Source of the DNA: Capsulimonadaceae bacterium
Lineage (GTDB): Bacteria; Armatimonadota; Armatimonadia; Armatimonadales; Capsulimonadaceae
Direction: 5' to 3'
Length of the DNA: 64,000 bases
Assembly (NCBI GenBank): GCA_965215505.1
Contig: OZ244065.1
Location: 5,472,001 to 5,536,000, forward strand
Part shown: one piece after another, positions 56,603 through 64,000 of the stretch
How the letters are laid out: each line of letters starts with the position of its first letter
How positions within the stretch are numbered: the first letter of the stretch is position 1
The notes under the pieces: generated by a model
The model's input: the letters and a program-made list of their open reading frames with translations, nothing else
What the model was told of the DNA's origin: nothing
Databases searched by the model: none
Translations under genes and position numbers: made by a program

Positions 56603-57396
56603 AGGACACAAACCCCGTCTACCGGATCATCGCGGTGCGGACGGTGCAGGCCAGCCTCGCCGCGATGGCCGCCCATTGGCTGCTGGGCTGGCCCTTGACT
56701 GGGCGGCGCGCGGTCGGCCTGTTCCTGACGCCCGCCCTCTGCCTGTATTTCACCTTCGTCTTCGTCGCCCGCTGGTCTTGGGGCCTGCCGATCCTGACGA
56801 GGTTGCCGGCCAGGGGAAAGACGGTCGCGCTGACCTTCGACGACGGGCCTTCGCCCGAGTCCACGCCCGCAATTCTGGACGCGCTCACTGCCTGCGGCGT
56901 CCGCGCGACGTTTTTCGTGCTGGGGGAAGCGGTGGAACGGTTTCCTGACCTTCTGCGGCGCATCGTCGCCGAAGGCCACTCAGTCGGCCTCCATGGGCAC
57001 CGGCACCGCCCGTTCGTGCTGCTGAGTGGCCGGGAAATACAGGAGGAGATCGGGCGGGCGCGCGAGGCGGTCCGCCGCGCCTGCCCCGACGTCGTCCTCG
57101 TCCCCTGGCTGCGTCCTCCGCACGGGTTCAAATCGCCCGGCGTCCTGTGGACGGTCGGCCGGGCCGGCTTCCGCCTCGCCGCATGGAGCGTGGACGCGCA
57201 GGATTACCGGGAAACCGACCCGGAGCGCATGGCCCGGAACGTCCTGGGTGCGCTCCGTCCGGGGGCGGTCATCCTGCTGCATGACGGGCCGGGCAACGCC
57301 GCCACGGTCGCGGCCTTACCAGGGCTTTTGCGGGCGCTGAAGGGAGGGGACTGGCAGACGGTCCTGCTGCCGCCCTACACGAGAGGAACACCATGA
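56599..57396 (+). CDS. Polysaccharide deacetylase (CE4) with N-terminal TM segments
   Basis: LTFDDGP, ATFF, HGHRH, RPPHG, ILLHD. Confidence 0.9.
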   Translation: MKDTNPVYRIIAVRTVQASLAAMAAHWLLGWPLTGRRAVGLFLTPALCLYFTFVFVARWSWGLPILTRLPARGKTVALTFDDGPSPESTPAILDALTACGVRATFFVLGEAVERFPDLLRRIVAEGHSVGLHGHRHRPFVLLSGREIQEEIGRAREAVRRACPDVVLVPWLRPPHGFKSPGVLWTVGRAGFRLAAWSVDAQDYRETDPERMARNVLGALRPGAVILLHDGPGNAATVAALPGLLRALKGGDWQTVLLPPYTRGTP

Positions 57397-59108
57397 GAGC
57401 GCCCTCAATGCGTTTCGACTTCCCGCACCCGCTCTGCTTCCGGGACCCCGTGCGGGTTATCAGAGCCGACACCCTGGCGGAAGTCCGTCCCGCCCTGCGC
57501 GCCGTACAGGCGGCGGCCGACGCGGGCTGCTACGCGGCGGGTTATGTGGCTTACGAGGCTGCCCCCGCGTTCGACCCCGCCCTCCAGGTCAGCCCGCTGC
57601 CGTCCTCCCTGCCGCTGCTCTGGTTCGGCGTGTTCCCGGAGTCATGCGCGCCCGAGGAACAGGAGCCGGACGAGTACCAAATCTCCGAGTGGGAAGCAGA
57701 TGGCGATTTTGCCCGCTACCAGGAAGCCATCCACGACATCCGGGAGGGCATCGCGGCCGGGGAAGTTTACCAGGTCAACCACACGTTCCGGCTCGGGGCG
57801 CACTTCCGGGGCGACGCGGCGGCCTTCTATCGTCGCCTCCGGGGGGCGTCGCCGCCGCCGTTCGCGGCCTGCCTGGACATCGGCAGCCACCAGATACTGT
57901 CCGCCTCACCGGAGCTGTTCTTCCACCGCCTGGGCGACCGGATCACCACGCGCCCGATGAAGGGCACGCGGCGGCGCGGGCGCTGGCGTGAGGAAGACGA
58001 CCGGATCGCCGCCGGACTCAGGGAGTCCGAAAAGGACCGGGCGGAGAACGTCATGATTGTGGACCTGCTTCGCAATGACCTGGGGCGGCTGGCCCTGCCC
58101 GGCTCGGTGTGTGTCCCCCGCCTGTTCGAGATCGAGTGTTACCCGACGGTCTGGCAGATGACCTCGACGGTCGAGGCCCGCCTCCGGCCGGAAACCACCC
58201 TGGATGAGATTTTCGGGGCACTGTTCCCCTGCGGGTCCATCACGGGTGCGCCGAAAATCAGCGCGACCCGCTTCATCGCGCGCCAGGAGACGACGCCCCG
58301 CCGGATCTATTGCGGGGCCATCGGCTACATCACGCCCCGCCGGGAGGCCGTCTTCAGCGTCGCCATCCGCACCGCCCTTCTGGAATCGGAGACGGGGCGC
58401 ATCGAGTACGGTGTGGGCGGCGGCATCGTCTGGGACTCCGACGCGGCGGCGGAGCATCAGGAGGCCTTGTCCAAAGCCGCCGTGCTGGCCGGGCCGACTG
58501 AGTTTGACCTGCTGGAGACTTTGCGCTGGGAGGGCGGCGCTTACTGCCTGCTGGACCGGCATCTCGACCGACTCCTGGCCTCGGCGGACTACTTCGGCTT
58601 CGCCGCCTCCCGCGACTCCGTCCGGTCGGCCCTGCTCGCGCACGGGCGGCAGAAGCCCGAGGGGGCGTGGCGCATCCGGCTCCGCCTGCCGCCGGACGGC
58701 GTCCCGCTGATCGAGAGCGCCCTCCTGCCGCCGCTCCCGCCCGCCCCGCTGCGGGTCGCTCTGGCCGGAACGCCCGTTTCGCGCGCCGACAGGTTTCTCT
58801 GCCACAAGACGACTTACCGGGCGGTCTACGAAAAGCATCGCCTGGAACGCCCGGATTTTTTCGACGTGCTGCTCTGGAACGAGGAGGGGGAGCTGACCGA
58901 GTTCACCATCGGGAACCTGATGATCGAGCTGGACGGCCGCCTCTGGACGCCGCCGCGCGGGTGTGGACTGCTGGACGGCGTACAGCGGGCCGAACTGCTG
59001 GCGGAGGGACGTTTGCAAGAGCGTGTCCTGCGCCGGGAGGACCTTGCGGCGGCCACGGGCGTTTGGCTGATCAATAGTGTGCGAGGGTGTGTGCCCGTGG
59101 CGTTCTGA
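57393..59108 (+). CDS. pabB: Fused aminodeoxychorismate synthase component I / ADC lyase-like aminotransferase IV
   Basis: YQVN, SPELFF, PMKGT, AENVMIVDLLRNDL, PCGSITGAPK; then HLDRL, HKTT, GLLDG, NSVRG. Confidence 0.92.
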   Translation: MRAPSMRFDFPHPLCFRDPVRVIRADTLAEVRPALRAVQAAADAGCYAAGYVAYEAAPAFDPALQVSPLPSSLPLLWFGVFPESCAPEEQEPDEYQISEWEADGDFARYQEAIHDIREGIAAGEVYQVNHTFRLGAHFRGDAAAFYRRLRGASPPPFAACLDIGSHQILSASPELFFHRLGDRITTRPMKGTRRRGRWREEDDRIAAGLRESEKDRAENVMIVDLLRNDLGRLALPGSVCVPRLFEIECYPTVWQMTSTVEARLRPETTLDEIFGALFPCGSITGAPKISATRFIARQETTPRRIYCGAIGYITPRREAVFSVAIRTALLESETGRIEYGVGGGIVWDSDAAAEHQEALSKAAVLAGPTEFDLLETLRWEGGAYCLLDRHLDRLLASADYFGFAASRDSVRSALLAHGRQKPEGAWRIRLRLPPDGVPLIESALLPPLPPAPLRVALAGTPVSRADRFLCHKTTYRAVYEKHRLERPDFFDVLLWNEEGELTEFTIGNLMIELDGRLWTPPRGCGLLDGVQRAELLAEGRLQERVLRREDLAAATGVWLINSVRGCVPVAF

Positions 59109-59125
59109 CGGGGGAAAGGAAGTGG

Positions 59126-61093
59126 TCAGAACGTGGCCGGCACCGGCGGGGACTCAGCGCCCGCAGACCGATTGAAGGCGGCGACGCAGGCGGCATCCCA
59201 CTGACTGCCCGCCCCCGCCGCCAGGATGGCCCGCGCCTCGTCCATGCATTTGCCCTTGCGGTAGGGCCGGTCCATCGTCATCGCGCTGAAGGCGTCGGCC
59301 ACGGCCATGATCCGGGCGAGCAGGGGCGTCTCCTCCCCGACCAACCCCGCCGGATACCCTTGGCCATCCCACCGCTCGTGGTGGTGCCGCACCGCCCCCA
59401 ACGTCTCCTCAAAGCCGGCGACCGCGCCGACGATCACCGCCCCCATAGTCGGGTGCTGCTGGACCGCCTCGAACTCCTCGTCGGTCAGGCCGCCCGGCTT
59501 CCGCAGGATGCGGTCCGGGACGCCGATCTTACCGACATCGTGCAGCAGGGCGGCCACCTGGAGCGTCCGGAGCGTCGCCGCGTCCAGCCCCATCTCCCGC
59601 CCGATGTGGAGCGCGCGGCGCATGACGTCCTCGGAGTGCCGGCGCGTGTACCGGTCCTTGTTGTCCACGGCCGTGACGAGGGCGTCCAGCATGGGGAAGC
59701 CTTCCAGGGTATCGGTCAGCAGGGAGCGCAGGTCCTCGATGAACTCGTCGCCGCCGCCGGTCTTGGTGTGGACCAGGCGCGCGCCCGCCGCCTCCAGGAC
59801 GTGGTGGCGCTCGCGCCCGTCTTCCGGGTACACGGCCAGCCCGACCGAGAACGTCAGCGGGATAGCGACGGGTGACCCGGTGGGCCGGTAGCCCGCGCTT
59901 TCCAGCCGTCCCTTGAGTCGCGCGGCCAGCCCCGCCGCCGTCTCCGCGCCCGTCCCAGGCATCAGCAGGACGAACTCGTCCCCGCCGAATCGGGCGAGAA
60001 TATCATAGCGTCGGCACCCGCCGCGCAGGATTTCAGCCGCCCGGCGCAGGACATCGTCCCCGACCGCGTGGCCGTGAGCGTTGTTGAAAAACTTGAAGTT
60101 ATCCAGGTCCAGCACCGCCACGGCCAGCGTCGTCCCCTCACGGTCCGCGCGGGCCGCTTCCTCGCTGAACCTCTTGTGGAACGCGCGGTGGTTCAGCAGT
60201 CCGGTCAAAGGGTCATGGTCCGCCCTCTCGACCGCCTCGGCCAGCAGGCGCTCGCGCTCGGCCTCCAGCGCCTTGCGCTCGGTGATGTCCTGGATCGTCC
60301 CCTCGTAATAGAGGAGCCTCCCAGCGTCGTCGCGCACCGCCCGCGCGTTCTCGAGGAGCCACAGGACTGCGCCGCCTCTGCCGTACACCTGGTACTCGAA
60401 GCCGACCACGCTGTCCCCCTCGCGCATCAGCCGGGCGAACTCCGTCTGCCGCTCGGGGACCACATAGTTTTGACTGGTCTGCCCGAAGGAAGCAAGCAGC
60501 GCCTCCGCCGTCTCGAACCCGAGCATCCGCGCCAGGGCGGGGTTGGCCGCGAGCAGGCGGCCCTCCGCCGTCCCCCTGTAGATGCCTTCCACCGCATGTT
60601 CAAAGATGCTGCGGTAACTGGCGTCCGCCGCGCGCAGCGCCTCCTGCGCCTCCCGCCGCTCGGTGACGTCGCACAGGAGGCCCTCGCAGACCACGGCCCC
60701 GTCCGCCAGGCGTTCCGGACGTGACGTGCCCTGCACCCACTTCAAACGCCCGTCCCGCGTCACGATCCGCCCCTCCCACTGCCAGGGTGTCAGGCGCTCG
60801 GATATCTCACCGACGGAGGCGACGAACGAGGCACGATCCTCCGGGTGGACGATGCTCACGATCAGGGAAGGGTCTGCCGTGATCTCCTGCGGCGTCAGGC
60901 CGTAGATGGCCCGGCAGCCCTCACTGACGAAGGGGAACTGGAACCCGCCGTCGGGGAGGAGGATGCACTGGAAGACCATGCCGGGAAGGTTCGCCGCGGT
61001 CCGTCGCCCCTGCTCGCCGGTCGTCGCGCGCGTTTCTCCCGCATGCTCTGGAGGCGGGAAGACCGTCTGACTGGGATGCGTCACCTCGAACAC
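59126..61093 (-). CDS. PAS-PAS-GGDEF-HD-GYP c-di-GMP signalling protein
   Basis: Two PAS domains, RFGGDEF, LLHDVGKIG, HHERWDGQGYP. Confidence 0.93.
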   Translation of the reverse strand: MFEVTHPSQTVFPPPEHAGETRATTGEQGRRTAANLPGMVFQCILLPDGGFQFPFVSEGCRAIYGLTPQEITADPSLIVSIVHPEDRASFVASVGEISERLTPWQWEGRIVTRDGRLKWVQGTSRPERLADGAVVCEGLLCDVTERREAQEALRAADASYRSIFEHAVEGIYRGTAEGRLLAANPALARMLGFETAEALLASFGQTSQNYVVPERQTEFARLMREGDSVVGFEYQVYGRGGAVLWLLENARAVRDDAGRLLYYEGTIQDITERKALEAERERLLAEAVERADHDPLTGLLNHRAFHKRFSEEAARADREGTTLAVAVLDLDNFKFFNNAHGHAVGDDVLRRAAEILRGGCRRYDILARFGGDEFVLLMPGTGAETAAGLAARLKGRLESAGYRPTGSPVAIPLTFSVGLAVYPEDGRERHHVLEAAGARLVHTKTGGGDEFIEDLRSLLTDTLEGFPMLDALVTAVDNKDRYTRRHSEDVMRRALHIGREMGLDAATLRTLQVAALLHDVGKIGVPDRILRKPGGLTDEEFEAVQQHPTMGAVIVGAVAGFEETLGAVRHHHERWDGQGYPAGLVGEETPLLARIMAVADAFSAMTMDRPYRKGKCMDEARAILAAGAGSQWDAACVAAFNRSAGAESPPVPATF

Positions 61094-61132
61094 TTGCTGC
61101 TGACCCCTCGCCGACAGTCGGACATAGCCCCT

Positions 61133-61160
61133 TTATCGGCAGACCCCCTAAAAAACTAAA
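61133..61160 (-). promoter_or_regulatory. sigma28 (FliA/SigD-type) promoter
   Basis: TTTAGTTT-N12-GCCGATAA; the -10 element is a perfect consensus match. Confidence 0.65.
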
Positions 61161-61194
61161 GCCGCCGCGCATATTCCGGGTAAACTAGAGGCAG

Positions 61195-62661
61195 ATGACA
61201 TCTCGACTGGAAACTGAGGCGTTCAAAGACGAACGTCAGGACGCCGCGCGGCAGGAGGGGGAGCATGAGGAGCAGGCCCGCCGGACGCCGGAGGCGAACG
61301 GCGTTTTGCAGCCCGGCCCGAAGCCCGGCGCGTTCCGCGCCCTGCAAAACCGCAACTTCCGCATCTTCTGGGTCGGCCAGCTCATCTCCCTCATCGGGAC
61401 CTGGGCGCAGAATCTGGCCCAGGGCTGGCTGATCGTCCTGCTCGTGGACCCCGCCCTGCACCACGGCGGCGTGGCCTCTTTGCAAGCGGCCCAGGGCGGC
61501 CACTCCGCCGCCGTGGAGGCCACGGCGAACTTCTACTCCGGCTGGGTCAATTTCGCCGGCGGCCTGCCCATCTTCCTGTTCACCCTGCTGGCGGGCGTCG
61601 TCGCCGACCGCGTGGACAAGCGCAAGCTGCTCCTGGTGACCCAGAGCGGGCTGATCCTGACCGCCCTGTGCCTCGGCATACTGGCCGTGCGCGGGACGGT
61701 TCAGATCTGGCACGTCTTGTTCTTCGCCGCCTTGTCCGGGATCTTCGCCTCGTTCGACATGCCGACCCGGCAGTCGTTCATCGCCGAGATGGTCGGCAAG
61801 GAGGACCTGCCGAGCGCCGTCGCCCTCAACTCCAGTGTTTTCAATGCCGCCCGCGCCCTGGGGCCTGCCGTGGCGGGCCTACTGCTCAAGGTCGGCGTCT
61901 CCATCGGGGTCGCCTTCCTCGGCAACGCGACCCTCTCGCTCGCCGTCATCGCCGGCCTGCTGCTCATCCGCCTCCCGCCGCGCCCGACAGCGGGGGATGC
62001 GGCCAAGGCGGACAACACCCTGCGCGGCGTCTGGGAAAGCACGCGCGAGGGCTTCCAGTATGTCCGATCCACGCCCACGGTGCGGAATCTGGTCATCCTG
62101 GTCGGCTCGTTCGGCCTGTTCGCCTTCTCGTTCAACGTCCTCATCCCCGTCTTCGTCCGGTACACCCTCCTGCCGCATTCCTCCGACAAGGTCCAGGTCG
62201 CCGCCTTCGGCTTCCTGGAGACCGTGCGCGGGGTGGGGGCATTGGGCGGTGCCCTGACCGTCGCCCTGCTCGGCAACGCCCGTCGGCAGCGCAACATGCT
62301 GATGACCGGCAGCCTGCTGGCGACCGTCATCTTGATCGTCTTCGGCTTCTCGCGGACGCTCTGGCTGGCGTATGCCGCCATGGTCGTCGTCTCCTACGGC
62401 TTCGTCCTGTGCTTCGCCACCAGCAACACCCTGATGCAGCTCCATGTCCCCGACCGCCTGCGCGGGCGCGTGATGAGCATCTACACCCTGATGTTCATCG
62501 GCACCATCCCCTTTGGCTCCCTGTTCGCCGGCTGGCTCGCCGGGCTGACCAGCGCCTCGTTCACCATCGTCACCTGCGCCGTCATCTCGCTGCTGACCAC
62601 CCTCGTCGTCGCCTTCCGCCCCGGCGGCCTGCGCGACATGAGCGTGACGCCGAAGAAGTAA
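61195..62661 (+). CDS. MFS transporter (MFS_3/DUF894-like)
   Basis: GQLISLIGTW, AGVVADRVDKRK, DMPTRQS, LRGRVMS. Confidence 0.9.
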   Translation: MTSRLETEAFKDERQDAARQEGEHEEQARRTPEANGVLQPGPKPGAFRALQNRNFRIFWVGQLISLIGTWAQNLAQGWLIVLLVDPALHHGGVASLQAAQGGHSAAVEATANFYSGWVNFAGGLPIFLFTLLAGVVADRVDKRKLLLVTQSGLILTALCLGILAVRGTVQIWHVLFFAALSGIFASFDMPTRQSFIAEMVGKEDLPSAVALNSSVFNAARALGPAVAGLLLKVGVSIGVAFLGNATLSLAVIAGLLLIRLPPRPTAGDAAKADNTLRGVWESTREGFQYVRSTPTVRNLVILVGSFGLFAFSFNVLIPVFVRYTLLPHSSDKVQVAAFGFLETVRGVGALGGALTVALLGNARRQRNMLMTGSLLATVILIVFGFSRTLWLAYAAMVVVSYGFVLCFATSNTLMQLHVPDRLRGRVMSIYTLMFIGTIPFGSLFAGWLAGLTSASFTIVTCAVISLLTTLVVAFRPGGLRDMSVTPKK

Positions 62662-62662
62662 G

Positions 62663-63544
62663 TCACCAGCGCAGGGCCGGCGGGAAGTACTCGGCGATTA
62701 GGTCCTCGTAGAAGGGCTTGAGCCGGGCCACATCAGGCTTGACTGGAGTCTTCGAGTACAGATCATACGGGTTGAAGGCGCGCACCCATCGGAACATCTC
62801 CTTGTCCCGGTCGTTCATCAGGTGCGCGTAGGCGCCCTCACGGTGGGCGGCGTAGAACGAGTGATACCGGATCATGTACAGGTTCTCCGGAGGCATATGG
62901 TCCTTGACCACCTGGTACAGATACTCATCATGGCCCCAGGAGAGGTGGACGCCGTCCAGGCCCGCCCCGGCTTCGTAGATGCCTTTGGCAGTCTGGTACT
63001 CGGCATTGCGGTCGTCCGGATTGAGGGCGAAGAACTCCGGAAAGACCACCTTGTCGCTGTAGGCGCAGCCGACCGGAAAGGTGTCGCCGACCACCGCCCA
63101 CTGCGGCTCGCCCCACAGGCACAGGATCTTGCCCAGGTCGTGGATCAGCCCGGTCAGGATGAACGGGCGCGGGTGGCCGTCGGCCCGAATCGCCTCCGCC
63201 GTTTGCAGCAGATGCTCGATCTGGGTCAGGTCCGTGTCCGGGTCGCTGTCGTCCACCAGCGTGTTGAGGAACTCCATCGCGTCCCAGATGCTCATGGTCG
63301 CCCTGGCTTTCGGCAGGTATTCCGCCTTCTTAGCCTGCACGAACGCGAACGTCTGCCCCTGGTGGTTGAGCCGGTAGAACTCCTTGACCGACGCCCGCGC
63401 TTCAGCGTCGTAGTCCCGGTATTCCCCCTCGGCCTTCTCGGGGGCGGCGTCCCGCCCCTCGTAACGCGCCTTCTGAAACTCCTCCAGTTCCTCGATCACG
63501 GCCGGGTTGCCGCCGACCGTGGTGTGTCCCGCTGTGTCTGTCAT
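62663..63544 (-). CDS. miox: Myo-inositol oxygenase family (di-iron HD)
   Basis: [58 protein letters not shown]. Confidence 0.92.
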   Translation of the reverse strand: MTDTAGHTTVGGNPAVIEELEEFQKARYEGRDAAPEKAEGEYRDYDAEARASVKEFYRLNHQGQTFAFVQAKKAEYLPKARATMSIWDAMEFLNTLVDDSDPDTDLTQIEHLLQTAEAIRADGHPRPFILTGLIHDLGKILCLWGEPQWAVVGDTFPVGCAYSDKVVFPEFFALNPDDRNAEYQTAKGIYEAGAGLDGVHLSWGHDEYLYQVVKDHMPPENLYMIRYHSFYAAHREGAYAHLMNDRDKEMFRWVRAFNPYDLYSKTPVKPDVARLKPFYEDLIAEYFPPALRW

Positions 63545-63624
63545 CGCCTTCTCCTTTCGAGTGTTCTATCCCTTGTGCATTCCGCCTGCCACGTTTAAAA
63601 TTCCTCCCTTTTCACACTCCCAGA

Positions 63625-63999
63625 TCACCGAGGCGCGACCATCGGTTTCCGAATGACGAGCAGCCGGAAGTCGTGCTTGGCGATGCCCGGCACGCGCAAT
63701 GTGCCATTAGTCGCCGTCCAACTCTCCAAAGGCTTCTCCCAATTGACCGCCGTGAAGTCACTCGCCAGCCCCAGCCGCTTGGTGTCCAATGTCAGCCGCG
63801 CCTCGCCCCCGCCCCCGTAGTCCGTGACCAGGACTGCGACAGTGTCCTTGTTCTCGAAGGCGATCCAAGCCGAGTCCAGGCCCGCCACGGTCAGAACGGG
63901 CGAGTCATCCCAATAGTGGAAGGTGCGGCAGGCCGGTGTCCCGTAGCCCAGCCCGTAGAGGTAGTTTCGCACCTTGACGAACAATGGGTCGGCGTGGTA
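63625..63999 (-). CDS. C-terminal fragment of a large, probably secreted protein (5' end outside window)
   Basis: Frame open to the window edge; ends in a beta-sandwich-like ..HDFRLLVI. Confidence 0.55.
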   Translation of the reverse strand, partial: YHADPLFVKVRNYLYGLGYGTPACRTFHYWDDSPVLTVAGLDSAWIAFENKDTVAVLVTDYGGGGEARLTLDTKRLGLASDFTAVNWEKPLESWTATNGTLRVPGIAKHDFRLLVIRKPMVAPR

Positions 64000-64000
64000 G

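Noticed and set aside
1-64000. tRNA, rRNA, prophage or integrase
   Set aside because: No cloverleaf or rRNA signatures and no phage structural or integrase genes recognised.

Overview
High-GC, gene-dense bacterial chromosomal segment of about 65 CDS. An Armatimonadota (Capsulimonas-like) origin is inferred, not proven, from DUF1559/H-X9-DG prepilin-like proteins, a PEP-CTERM protein and a membrane-sensor/RsbW-type kinase. The backbone is housekeeping: ilvA, citrate synthase, fused E1 alpha/beta dehydrogenase, scpAB-dac-rluB-ppi, ECF sigma/anti-sigma/RseB, rnd, nfi, tsaD, trkA pair, dtd, phhB, rfbD, ileS-dksA-lspA-lgt-rluD, pabBC. Accessory material includes SMI1/KNR4 and ankyrin genes, two HEPN gene pairs, one complete IS630 with a -1 frameshift, two copies of a 142-bp palindromic element, GTAG-type REPs and two damaged genes. 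No rRNA, tRNA or CRISPR array was seen. Best leads: (i) a sensor with an ethylene-receptor-like Cys/His membrane domain fused to an anti-sigma-type kinase (8161-9318); (ii) a His-tipped ribbon-helix-helix protein divergent from two Ni/Co transporters, with repeated candidate operators (20835-24063); (iii) a probable sigma28-driven ~195-nt small RNA with GGA-loop hairpins (41317-41545); (iv) the REPIN-like 142-bp element beside foreign-looking genes; (v) widespread leaderless -10/start architecture. All calls come from motif recognition by eye; no database searches were run.
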